NCBI RefSeq assembly: GCF_036321535.1
Contig: NC_087437.1
Coordinates: forward strand, 41,542,001-41,606,000
Source: Camelus dromedarius
Lineage: Eukaryota
Length of the DNA stretch: 64,000 nt
Direction: 5' to 3'
The notes under the pieces are model-generated. The model made no database searches and was not told the DNA's origin. It saw nothing but the letters and a program-made list of their open reading frames with translations. Shown here one piece after another: positions 1-12,398 of this stretch; position 1 is the stretch's first letter; every line of letters begins with the position of its first letter. A program made the translations under genes and the position numbers.

Positions 1-531
1 CATGGACAGAACTAACCAGGAGATGCATTTGGCCTTCCTAACAAACTAAGCTGGTTTTAAAACAGCTTCCCCAAATCAGAAGTGTCTAACAAAAGAAGCT
101 TCTCATTATTAATCAGCTTCATTAGGAGAGATACCATTTACTATGTACCATGTGCTAAATCCATTTAATAGACTGTTCTCCATCCTCATGACCACCTGGT
201 GAATATCCCTTCCAATTTATAGGTGAGGAAAGAAAGGAAGGCTCAGAATGTCAAGTTCCTCTGCACAAAGTTATAACACCGGCAGCTGGATGAGTTGGGC
301 TGAACCCAGGTCTGACTCATTGTTTGATCCCATCTGCCTCTTTTCTTTGTCACTAGATGTACGCAAAGGCTGGGTAACCACCTGCAGAGGATGCTTATAA
401 TAGGATTCCAGAATCGGAGACTAGAATGCCACTCAGGTCAGAATCCATGGTACTTTTTGACTATTTTTTTTTATTGTCCACAAATATGTATTTTATCACA
501 ACTTGGAAGTGTATTGGCTTTTTACTCATTA

Positions 532-819
<288 letters not shown>

Positions 820-1034
820 TCAAGCACTCAGCCACAGAAGTCTAATTTTTTTTTTTTTACGAAATCAAAGGAAGCCATTAAGACTAAGTGTGTGTCTCTG
901 TATGTCTATATAAAAAAAATCTAAGCTGCAAAACAAAACAAACAAAAACCTAAGTTGTTATGATGCTTGAAAATTTTAACTGTTGGACAGAGAAAGACCC
1001 TCATTTTGTTTAAGAGAGTCCTCGTAACTTGGCC

Positions 1035-1290
1035 TAAGAGGGTGAGGACACTGGAGGATAAGATGAGTGTGCAAAGCATGTGCCAGCCAAGGTGCTGAGC
1101 CCTTTCCAAAAAGGATCTCAGGAAATCCTCCACAACCTTAGAAGAGGGATCTGTTATTATTTTCATTTTACAGCAAAGGGAACTAAGGCACGAAGAAGTT
1201 AAGTAACTGGTTCAAGGTATAGAGCTGGTAAGCTCTGATCTGGGGCTCCAGCCAGGACCACCCGACTCCCAGACCTGTGCTCTTAACCAT
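1035..1290 (-). mobile_element. MIR SINE
   Basis: cattttacagcaaagggaactaaggcacgaagaagttaagtaactggttcaaggt core. Confidence 0.65.
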
Positions 1291-2379
1291 AATTTGACCT
1301 TCCCTCCTTCCCTCTTCCCTCCCTTGGGCCAAGAACGATGCCGAACTAGGGTACAGAAATGAATATGGAAGACATGGAGCCTCTCTGGGTGGAGTTAAAT
1401 TTGGAGGATGAGATCAACAATAAACACTCTCAAAAGGAATTAATTAAAATGTGATAAATACCAGGTGTGCTTCAAGAGGATGTGATGGGGTAGTCGGGGA
1501 GGCTTTTCCTTCCCTTCCCTGTTTGCCTAACCCTACCTCCCATCATCCAGGTTCAGTCCAAGGATCGCCTCTATAAAACTTTGCACGAGTCCCCCATCTC
1601 CCATCTCCCATCTCCCATTTCTTCCCGTCAATTCTGAGTGATCTGAACATTCTTCCTTTGTCCCCACTCTGTGCTTCCCATACGCTTCGTTCTTATCGGA
1701 GCACTTGCGATGCTTTACGCACTTTTTGTTTTTAACAGGCCCGTCTCCCACTTCCAGTGTGTAAATTCTTGGAGAGAAGAGGACCCGGCTCCTCTCACAT
1801 CCCCAGAGCACCTGGCATAAAAGAAGCCAGGTAGTGGATGTTGCCTGAATTGATCAAATATAAACAGAGGACCAGAAATGACAAGAAATTCTCAAGCAAA
1901 GCAAGACGAGTTTTAGAGGTCATATTTGAAAATTAGAAGGACTCTTGTACTTACATAAAGCCTGAGAGTTAAAAAGCACTTCCATCTTAATCCTGCGATG
2001 TAGATGCTACATGATTCGCATTTTGCAAATGGGAAACCAAAGGTTGGAGACATACTATTACTAGAGTTAGAATCACCACTGGGGCCAAAGCCCTCTTCTC
2101 ACATAGGCAGGCTCAGAAATACCCAAAAGGCTTGTACTACGTTGGAAATACAAGTGGGGACACGGGCCTCTGAAGGACTTGGGCTTTTTACATTGAGTGA
2201 AATTGGGGCGTCTTGTGGACACTGGAGCCGGGAGGGACAGGATCTGACTTACATATTAAAATACGGCTGCTGTACTGAGAACAGACTGTGCAGGGTAAGG
2301 GCTGAAACAGGGACACCAGTTGGAGTCACTGCAGTCATCTTGGTGGGAGATGATGGTGGCGTGGGTGGTGGAAACATAA

Positions 2380-2900
2380 GGTTTTATTGATCCAGTAGAC
2401 AGAGGGTGTGAGAAAAAATGAGGCATCAGGGTGACTAAAAGGGCTTTGGCTCGAGCAACTGGAAGAATGTAGTTGTCACTAGCTGAGAAGGAGGATGCTG
2501 TGGGTAAAGTCCATTTGTGGAGGAAGACCAAGAATTCAATTTTGAAACTGCTGGGACATCTATTAAATATTCCAGTGGCAATGCTAAGTGGGCAGCTGGA
2601 TACATGAACCTGGAGTTTGGGAGAGAAGATTTGGCTGGAGATACAATTGCGAATTGTCCACATATATATATATATATATATTCCTAAAGCCATAGCACTT
2701 TAACTGAATTTACCAAAGTAGTGAGTACAGACAGAGAAGGGGACCAGCGCACCTGACAGCAGGGGAGAGAAGGAGCAGTCAGTGAGGCTGCAGTGAAGCC
2801 AGAGGGTGAGTGTCCTGGAACCACACGAAGTACGTCAAGGAGAATGGTGTTCAATTCAGATGAGAACTGGCCACTGGATTTAACAGTGTGGAGGTCATAA
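2380..2900. mobile_element. LINE-2 fragment
   Basis: gggcagctggatacatgaacctggagtttgggagagaagatttggctggagata; ccactggatttaacag. Confidence 0.6.
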
Positions 2901-2950
2901 TATTGTCACCTTCTTTGTATTGAAATATATAGGTTTACATCACCATTTTT

Positions 2951-3073
2951 GTATGAGGGGGAGGTAATTAGGTTTATTCATTCATTTCTACTTGGAGGAG
3001 GTACTAGGGATGGAACCCAGGACCTCGTGTGTGCTAAGCATGCGCTCTGTCACTAGAGCTATCCCCTCCCCAC
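2951..3073 (-). mobile_element. tRNA-derived SINE (camelid Vic-1-like)
   Basis: Reverse complement has A/B-box-like TAGCTCTAGTG and GGTTCCATCCC and the tail AATAAACCTAATTACCTCCCCC. Target-site duplication (TSD) TACATCAcCATTTTT (2936-2950) / TACATCAtCATTTTT (3074-3088). Confidence 0.88.
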
Positions 3074-4559
3074 TACATCATCATTTTTAATGACTGTAGA
3101 ATTTCCTGTCATGTGAAATTTTATTCAACCAATTATTTTATTATGACCTTTTGGGTAGCTTCCAGTTTTCCATTATTATTTAAATAATACTATAATGCAT
3201 AATTTATTCATCACATCTAATACTTTGTACATTTCTATGATTATTTCACTAGCAGAAATTTAAGAATTAAAATTCCTGGATCAAACAGTATGCGAAATTT
3301 ACTTCAAGAGAGGCTGTTCCAACACATACGGTATTAACCACGTGTGTTCTCCCCAGTCATCTCCGGTACTATCAACTCCTGAAAAAGCTCAGCCAGCTTA
3401 TGGATAAAAAGGCATCTCATTTTAGTTTTAGTCTGCAGTTTTTCTGCTGTATAAAAATTCTCTAAAATAAACATACCTGGCACCTGGGCTCACCAGGATT
3501 CTTAGAGTTTTATAACCTCAAAATTCTATTTCCACTTCAAATAATGTCTCCTTCGGACTACACAGGAATAACTTTCAAAAAGATCCTAAGGGATGATGTT
3601 TGCACAGATGCTGCTGCACCTTAAGACCCAAAGCAGAATTTAACTGCACCAGATTTGAAGGACAGAACAAGTTATAACAATAAGCCAATTATAATAATAC
3701 CTTTGATTTGGGTCGGGTCTAACCAGCTGAAAACAGAGCAGAAAGAATGTTTCTGTGACTTTGCTTTTAAGTTAGAACGAGAGGTGAGGCAGTGTGTCTA
3801 TCAAGTTATCAGTTAAGAGCTCGTGTGTAGAGAAAGCAGTTAAATAAATCTGTCTGTAACAGACACTATTCAGTAATAAGTTACTTCCCCTATCAATTTT
3901 TTAATTATAAAAATTTACATTAAAATGCACGGAAAAAATAATACAAAGTATTCTGGGTATTCTTTTGAGGTTTCAGAGTAAATGGATTTGCTTTTATGTT
4001 GACGTGTATAATGGCAACGATTTAATGCTGGATTGTTTATGCATCAGGGGGACAGTAGGAAACCTGCAGGAAACTGTTTCTGTTCTTCACATTCTTCATG
4101 TCTATCACTCTAAATGATTCTGAGCTCTGCTTGTGTGGATCATGGTTCTATTGAATGACAGTTGCATCTGTAAAGTTTGGATAATTTGCTAGGACTTAAT
4201 GAACTGTTTGGCACGTAGTTGTGACATTCAGTGCAGTACCCTGATGGTTGATCCTATTTAGAATCGACTTCACATTAAAATGAATCTCTTTATTTCTATT
4301 CAAAAGTAGCCCAGATGGAAAATGATTGAAGTTGCATTTTTTTAAGGGAGAAAATGGCTCTGTTTTAGGCCACAATATTTATCTTTGAGAATATTTCCTA
4401 ATAAAAAACAGCTAAAATCAACACAAAGTTTTCATGGTGCTTTTTAATATATTATTTGTGTTTGCCATAATGGCAAAGTGAAAATGGTTGTTCAAGAACA
4501 AGTGCCTCTTTAAGATAGTTTGAAAGTTGCCAGGAAAATAAAGCACCTAGCAGTGAGCT

Positions 4560-6250
4560 TAGCATGAGATGTATGGGATCAGCGAAAAAACCGATAACAA
4601 CAAAAGACTTTAATGATTACTGAAGGGCTCCTGCTTCCAGTAATGAAAACCCTAAAGCTTTATTGAAGAACAAAAAAAAATTTGAATAAATTGAAGCCTA
4701 TACCCTGCTCTTCAATAGGATGGCTCAATATTATAAAGATGTCAACTCTTTTTATATTAATCTATAAATATACTGCAATCCTGATTTAAAAAACTGATGA
4801 GAAAACTTGAATAAATAATTTTAAAGTTCATTTAGAAGAATGACTATTTAAAAGTAGGCAAGGAAGGTCGGGTATAGCTCAGTGGTAGAGCGCACACTTA
4901 GCACGCACAAGGTCCTGGGTTCAATCTCCAGTACTCCATTAAAAATAAATAAATAAACCTAATTACCACCCCCCCCAAACCAGAAATACACAAAAACAAA
5001 CAAAGTAGCCAAGATTATTCTGGAAAAGAATACTAATTTGGGGAAGTGGTATGGCAGGAAGTAGCATTACAGTGCACGGCTACAATAATTAAAGTGGTAT
5101 CACACTGGTGTGCGAGTCAGCAGACTTTCAATAGGACATCACAGAGAGCAGAGACAAGTCAGGATGCATGGCAACTCGGTGCTCCAGGAAGAGGCACTGC
5201 AGGCCAGAGAGGCACAGAGTGCTGCAATCATGCAGTTCTAGACCAGCTGGTTTGTTGGGGAAAAGGAGTTAGAGTCCCTACTTCATTCCTTACAGTGAAA
5301 TAAATTGCAGATGTTAAATGTAAGAAGTAATATCAAACAAACGCTGGAGGAAAATATAAGTAAATATTTGATCTTGGGCTGGGGAAGCTATTCTAAAGTA
5401 TATTTTTTAAAAGGAGGAACAAAAAAAAACCTGATAGATTTGATTAATAAAAACTGAAGTTTTACCCAAATGCTTTAAATATGATTAAAAGGCAATTGGC
5501 AAATCAGATTCACAACAAATGGGAGAAAGAAACTAGCCCCTTATATACTTAAATTACTTATAAATCATTAAAAGAAAGTGAAACATTCCAACAAAATTGG
5601 TCAAAGGACAGAAATAATCTAAACAATTTACAAAAGGACAACTGCAAATGGCTAACGAATACATTTTTAAACCCTCAAATTGCAACTTAAAATAATGAAA
5701 TTCTATTTGAAACCCAACAAATCAGCAAAGATGAAGTAATTTAATAGAACTCAGAAAAGATAGGAGGGCTAAGCCCTCTAAAACACTGCTGGTGATAAAT
5801 AGGATAAGAAATCAGAGGGCAAAGGAAACTGCACACTTCCTTTGACTAGAAATTCCATAGTTGGGACATAGTCAAGGAAACAATTAAGAAGGTAAGCAAG
5901 ATGCTGTCTACAAACATACCTACTTCTTTACATCAGCAAAAAAACTTGCCTGTCAGTGAGGTTTCGGTTAAAGGGATTATGGCATACTCATACGATGTAA
6001 CACAATGCAGCCATTCAGTGTCACAGAAGAACACTCTAATGACATGGAAAAGTGTAACAGTGTTTAAATAATGAAGACCTTTGTAGAACTACAAGATCCT
6101 AATTATGTTTAAAAAGAGAAATACAGTATCGTAATATTTATGTATAGAAAAAAGTGGAATGTTGAAATTGTTAGCACTGAGTGGTGGGATTACAGACAAA
6201 TTTAATTTTCTTATTGCTTTTCTGTGTTTATCCAATTTTCTAAAGTGACA
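4560..6250 (+). mobile_element. Old degenerate LINE-1 (ORF2 3' part and 3' UTR)
   Basis: A-rich tract with L1 ORF2-like phrases (ggctcaatattataaagatgtcaactct; cagccatt). Boundaries approximate. Confidence 0.65.
4866..5001 (+). mobile_element. tRNA-derived SINE (camelid Vic-1-like), inserted in an old L1
   Basis: GGTATAGCTCAGTGGTAGAGCG...GGTTCAATCTCC, tail AATAAATAAACCTAATTACC; TSD AAAGTAGgCAAG / AAAGTAGcCAAG. Confidence 0.88.
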
Positions 6251-7309
6251 ATGTGTTGTAAGGAGAACCCTCTCCCTCTATAATCATTCCACGTTTAGAA
6301 AGTTTTAAAGAAGCTCACATCTTTAAATACTCAAGTTCTCATGGAACTGGAATGGTGTGACATTTACTTCTAGTTTACAGGAGGAAATATTTGTTTCCTT
6401 ATATAAGCTGCAGTAGGCAATCAGTGGGTTGATTAACATGATACTAATTTTAAACTGTCCCCTGTTAAACAAAACAATTTAACATCAGATGCTAATTGGA
6501 GTATCAATGGTCTGAAAAAAAATTTTACTGGTAAAACAATTAGTAACAAGGACAATAAATAAAGCAATAAAAGCTGTGACAAGGGATTGACAGTCAGATT
6601 TTGAGGGATGAACTTGCTGAGCTCCTCTGGGGCAGAGGGAGCAGAATGAACATCTCTGGAACTGAAGCTTGGGTCTCAAAAGCCAGAGTGTGGAGTATGA
6701 GGTAATGGCCGCCAGCACCTGCAGGAGGGAAGGGCTCCCTATGTGCCTGTCTGCAAGTGAGCCAGTTTCCAGAAGCGACCATTAACACCGGAAGGGTTAA
6801 AACGACAGCACTGCACCAGTATCTATGCAGTGCCTCTCATCAAATGGCTTAAAATGCCATCCTTAATCAGGGGCATTTGGCTCTGTCTCACTGTAGAGGC
6901 CACACTGAAATCCCATCCTGGACAATATAGTTCTGGAATCATAGAATTATGGACATACTGCAAAAAGCGTGCAGATGGGAAGGTGGTCGGGGTGTTCCAC
7001 AGACAGTGGGGAGCTCAGTGTGTCTGCAGTGGGCGAGGGGAAGAGTGAGAGGAGATAAGAAGCCATTTGGGGAAAAAGAAAAGATAAGAAGCCACTGGGG
7101 AGCGGCTGAGCAGAGGAGTGACCGGCTCTGAGTTAGGTTCTGGAAGGATCACTCTGACCACTGAGATCAGACTACAGGGGCTGGTCAGAGCCCCGCCCAG
7201 GAAAGTTCTCAGTCAACCTTAATTGAATGAAGGACTCATTTAGAGCCACACATCCTTTGCTTCCTTCCTAGCCCAGTGTTCTCTGCTTGACCACAGACTT
7301 GTTTGAAAC

Positions 7310-7364
7310 TCACATTTTCTTACAGAAGATCAAGAGCCGTCCATGTCTGGAGGTCATCTTAAAT
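7310..7364 (-). CDS. PLD1: Putative alternative terminal exon (PLD1a2/b2-like), (R)FKMTSRHGRLLIFCKKM*
   Basis: Acceptor GTTCTCAG|A about 520 nt downstream of exon 25. The in-phase start FKMT resembles the recalled human alternative C-terminus SKMTPGVEDP. Usage is not shown. Confidence 0.45.
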
Positions 7365-7538
7365 CTGAGAACTGAAGTTCCCACGTTTAAATTTAACACC
7401 AGCATCTCTCACATTCTCCTTTGGGAATTTTTATCATATCCTTGTATTACTGGAACTATTTCAATTTCTAAAAATGGACTCACTATAAAAAACTTAAATA
7501 GACACTAGACGGTTTGACCTGGTCCTAAATCAATTTAA

Positions 7539-7625
7539 ATATATATATTTTTATATATATACGTATATATATATTTATATATACATACATATATATATAT
7601 ATATATATACACACGTATATATATA
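7539..7625. repeat. Interrupted (TA)n microsatellite
   Basis: Seen directly. Confidence 0.9.
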
Positions 7626-7887
7626 AATAAATAGATTTTAAATGCTAGTTTTCTCTACTGGACATAAAAATAATAAAAACTATTGACATAGGAAACGTTT
7701 GTGCCCCACACAGTCATTTTGCATACGACTGGGGGTTCACGTCCTGTGTCCTGGGGGATGCTGTTTTAGAGAAGAAGACCCTGGAGACGGCATGTGTGCT
7801 AAAGGCAAGAGGCTGGGGGGTGGGGGTGGGGTTCCAGTGCCCACTGCAGCAGGACTACTTAAGGGAGAACCAGCTTCAGAGACCCAC

Positions 7888-8041
7888 CGGAAGCACTGCA
7901 GCCGAAGCCCCTGGGCGAACTGGCCAGCTTGGTACTCTTTTCCATCCATTACCGAAGGGACCGTCTCGGTGTCCTGCATGATGATGGCCATCTCACTGTC
8001 ACGTTTCCCCAGCATGCTCCGGTCATTTATGTTGGCAGAGC
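7888..8041 (-). CDS. PLD1: PLD1 exon (25), 154 nt, (G)[50 protein letters not shown](R)
   Basis: Acceptor TTTCTAG|GC, donor CCG|GTGGGT; completes the GSANIN motif. Confidence 0.96.
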
Positions 8042-8084
8042 CTAGAAAGAGAGACAGCCAAACGGAACAATTTTCTCATCTGGC

Positions 8085-8635
8085 AGGTGCTCATTTGCCC
8101 TCTAGACTTGATTCTTCCTTGCTAATGAAACCCTAATTTTGTTCAGGTTATCAACAGACACTGTGCTTTAGGGAGGCAGGGCCCTCCTTAACCCAGGGTT
8201 GACCCTGGATCCATCGAAGTCAGCCACTGTTTTTGCCAGTGACTGGCTTAGGAATGGCCACTTGACATGATTCCAGCCTGTGTACCATGAGGGAAAATCT
8301 GTGAGGGGCTTCTGAGAAATTTTTTTCTACTTCTTAAAAATAAACACAAGAACAAGATGGTATCTCCTCCAGTCTTTGGATACTCTGGCTTGAAGGGTTG
8401 CATGAGGACATGATTCCAGGAGCTGCTGCAGCCATTTTGTAACTACTAGGGGATAAACAGACAAGCTGAAGGTGGAAAAGCAGAAAGAAGAAAGACTCTG
8501 GGTCCTTAAGTCACTGAACCAGCCAATCTTCGAATTTCCTTACCTTCTGTTATGTGACATAATACATTTTCCTTATTTCACATACTTCTAGCTGAATTTT
8601 TTATCTTGTGGCTCAAAGGATTCTAACTGATGTAA
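8085..8635. mobile_element. MaLR (MLT1-type) LTR relic
   Basis: Typical MLT1 phrases: gccagtgactggcttaggaatggcca, ggagctgctgcagccattttg, ctgggtcct. Confidence 0.6.
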
Positions 8636-9449
8636 TCATGAAGCATACAGAGGGAAAAGATCACTTACCAGCTCAGTTAAATCAGCTTTTACACTTACGA
8701 ATCATATTCTGTAGACTATAATTCATGGTCATATAATTATAAATGTCAAGACCCAAGAGGCCCTTCATAAGCAATCGAGTCCACTCTCAGATACAGATTA
8801 TCATTAGTGGCTTTGCGTTTCCATTCTCTTGCCTCACTTGTGTGGCACACCAACAGCTTCTATATCAACTTCCCTCCATTCTATTTTTAAATCCAAATGA
8901 GCTGCAAATGTTGACTTTCACATGGGAAGAGCAAGTATTTTAATATTAGTTCAATCTGCGCTTTGTCTGCGTATCTCTGCCGTGTAGTCAACAACGATGT
9001 TACGTTTTCTGCATTAATCATTGCGAAGCCACACTTTTGAATCCTTGAGGTGTCCTACAAATGACAGGCTGTTTTTCCTTCTGGCTCCTCTTGCCTTAGC
9101 CCCACATTCCACTGCTTCTGCAGACTCGGAGCAGAAGGGTCGGGTTGAATAGGGGGCACGAGCTACCTACCCTCTATGACGGGGACTGTCAGGGTGTAAA
9201 GTAATGGCAGCCCTGCCTCGAACCCAAATGGTGGGATGTCAGACATGAGAGGAAGCTGGTCCTTTCCCAAGAGACTTTACTGCCATTTGCCACAATATTG
9301 TCCCATAGTTAATACATAGATCTGTGATAACTGTGGATGTGAATGGTGCCCCACGGTGACCTTGTGTGACAGAGAAAGGATGGAGCACCTCACAGAAATC
9401 TGGGGGCTCTATTAGAGCACTGTAAGGTAGGACCCACCTTTGAAACACT

Positions 9450-9723
9450 TAAAAAAAAAATTGAAGTATGGTCAGTTACAATGTGTCAATTCCTTGTGTA
9501 CAGCATAATGTTTCAGTCATACATATACATACATATGTTCATTTTCATATTCTTTTTCATTACAGGTTACTACAAGATACTGAATATAATTCCCTGTGCT
9601 ATACAGAAGAAATTTGTTTTTTTAATGTATTTTACATATAGTTAGTATTTGCAAATCTCAAACCCCCAATTCATTCCTTCCCACCCCCTTTCACCCTGGT
9701 AACCATAAGTTTGTTTACTATTT
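9450..9723 (-). mobile_element. 5'-truncated LINE-1 3' end
   Basis: L1 3'-UTR phrases (cataggttactacaagata-like, ccctgtgctatacag, ggtaaccataagtttgtt); TSD-like TGAAACAC on both sides. Confidence 0.8.
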
Positions 9724-10462
9724 GTGAAACACCTCGTTTTGTTAGCAAGAAATCATCCTTTATACGTACACTTACATGTTAATGATGCTGTAAAATCTGC
9801 AGCCATGTCTTTGGACCTCACATTGGGTCCAGTATTAATTTGGGCAAAGTCATTTAATCTTTCTCAGCTTTAATTTGATCTTTTATAAATTGTGATTGTA
9901 AGACACACCTGGTAGGGTTTCACATACAAGTCAGGATGTGAAAGCACTTTCTGACCTATAAACTGCTCCACAATGCTAAACTATTATTGGCATTATTATC
10001 CAATACTTCTCACCTCGATAGTATCTGCACCAGGGAACACTGCCATGGGAAGGAATGATTTGCTGGCACGTAGCCTGTGTATCAAAGAATCCTCTTCTCT
10101 GGGTGAATGCCCCTCACCCAAGAATGTGAACTATCAGGGGCGAGGAATAATGACCCCACGGTTTTGCTTTGGGACGTCACTACCTCAGGGCCCCGGCAGA
10201 GGCCGCTCTTGGGCTGGAGGGGCTGCTGGACTGGCAGGACATCGTTGCTCTTCACTGCCAGGGAAACAGGGGATGTGAGCCCCCTGGAAAGCCTCGCATA
10301 CACTCTTACTTTCACAGCAGTCCCCCAGGCTCCCACCCACTACGGTGGGCCCCACACTCGCCAGGGGAGGAACGCATTATGGCATTCTGAGCTGGAATTC
10401 TTAAGGGAGAGGGGGTCATTCCTGTACTTCCAGGGCCCGTCTGGGGCTTCCCAGAGCACTGG

Positions 10463-10614
10463 GATCTTACGGTAGCTCACAGAGAAAAAAATGTGATGAT
10501 GAATATATATATGTTCATGTGTAACTGAAAAATTTGTGCTCTACACTGGAATTTGACACAACATTGTAAAATGATTATAAATCAATAAAAAATGTTAAAA
10601 AAAAAAAAAAAAAA
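10463..10614 (+). mobile_element. Young LINE-1 3' terminal fragment with poly(A)
   Basis: gtgctctacactggaatttgacacaacattgtaaaatgattataaatcAATAAA followed by an A-run. Confidence 0.8.
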
Positions 10615-11063
10615 CCTCTCCAAACCTATTTAAGTGTTAGCTCAGCTACTGAAGACTACTTTGCATTTATACTTGATGTAAAATAAATCAGGCTGAAAGT
10701 CAAAATGACCTTTAAAAGGAAAATATTTACGTCTGTCAATTTTTACCTCAAGAGTTCTGAAATTGTGCTGAAAAGACCAACTGGAGTTTATTTGACTTTT
10801 GTTTGTTTGTTTTTGCATTTCAGTGAACATCAATATTTTTCCTTTCCTTACCGTCACGGCCAAGTTTAATATAAAAATATTCTGAGATGGGCTTGTGCAG
10901 AGCAAGAACAGAACAGCTCATGGGAAATAAGAGAAAAGTTATTTACTACGGGAAGTCGGGGGGGGGGGGAAATAAATCCTTAAAGAGCTTTGATCCCTAT
11001 AGAGCAAGAGATTGAAGGCATAAGATATTTTTCAAAATGCCCTGAGTAAGTATTAAAAGAATA

Positions 11064-11100
11064 TGTGTGTGTGTGTGTGAGTGTGTGTGTGTGTGTGTGT
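11064..11100. repeat. (TG)n microsatellite
   Basis: Seen directly; one interruption. Confidence 0.9.
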
Positions 11101-12263
11101 ACATGTATATGTATGTATCACCACGCTGTGGTCCATACATTTTCTGGCTTCAGAACAACTTTTTCTTTCTTTTCAAATCATGTTCCAGATAAGACAGTCT
11201 CATGACTCCTAGAAATGAGACTTTCTTCTTTTCTTCGTGGAGGAGAGAGATGGAAAAGGCATATTTACTGCCAAAAATTTTCAAAGTACTCCATTACATT
11301 TAGTTTCTTAAAGAATAGGTAAGTATCTTATGATAGCTGAGAAACTACATTTTATTTAAAACGGATGAACAGAGTTCCCAACAGTGGAACACATCATCTC
11401 TCTAAGTAACATTCTGCCCCTTTGTCAATTCATTGATCTGGCTGGTTATGAATATTCTGTTTCTCATCCTGGCCGTTCAGTGTCCGTGTAACGTGATGTT
11501 AGAAGGCAAAACAATTCAATGATGGGAAAATGAAGCTTTCCATGTGTATAAAAGAATGAGGCTGAAAATCCGCCCCTCTGGTCCAGGTGATCTAAGCTGG
11601 GTAGAATGTACAACGGTAACTCTCTCTGGAACCTGGCAGTGGGGAGAGGCCTTCAGGAACAGACTGCTGACCTTAGTCTAGAAGTACATCATCTCATTAC
11701 CACACAACTTCCACCTCACCCCCTGACACCAGCAAAGCCGGTCTGCTCTGCACCCTGATTAATAACATCCAAAACATCGACTCTGGGAAAAAATGGTAAG
11801 CATAGGGGCAGCAATATTTTAATATCGTTCCAATCCTGACTCTTGTAAAACTTCAGTTCTGTGGTAATGGTCAGGTGGATGTGGTGTGGTACTCATTTGT
11901 GACCCATTTCCCACCCCACTTCTCCCTGCTCCAATCCCTGAGGTCTAGGTACTTGGATTCAAAATAAAAATAAGGGAATAATAAAGAATTAATGAGAGCA
12001 GACCGATTACTGCACTGCTGGGTTAAACCACTGTCTCTGGACACTCATTTGCACAATGGCCATTTAATTGCTCTGTGCCTCTGTTACTTCATAGATAAAA
12101 ACAGGGATTAGAAAGGACGTAAGTGAAAAAGATTGCTTCAGAAATGTTTAAGATATTGTATGTCTGTCCCTCTCAACTGCAAAAGAAGTTTCAGAGGAAT
12201 GGATAGAAAGATTTTTGCATGAGGTAAGTCAACTAGCAAGGAACACAGAGACCAAGTACTTAC

Positions 12264-12398
12264 CAATAATAACAGTGTTGTCATCAGCAATTAGCAACTT
12301 GCTGTGGACATAGATGAGCTCGGTGACCAGGTTTCCTTCCAGCTCTGCATGTGTTCTAAGACCACAGAAGGATATGTAATTTATCCACTGATTGCCAA
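12264..12398 (-). CDS. PLD1: PLD1 exon (24), 135 nt, contains second HKD motif HSKLLIAD (12283-12306)
   Basis: Acceptor CTTACAG|TT, donor [54 protein letters not shown]. Missed by the ORF track. Confidence 0.97.

Noticed and set aside
4866..4940. tRNA-Ala-like sequence as a true tRNA gene
   Set aside because: Followed by a SINE tail and flanked by a TSD; the cloverleaf is degenerate. The same applies to the copies at about 3000 and 61500.
7699..8136. 145-aa plus-strand ORF
   Set aside because: Antisense shadow of PLD1 exon 25 and a GC-rich intron edge.
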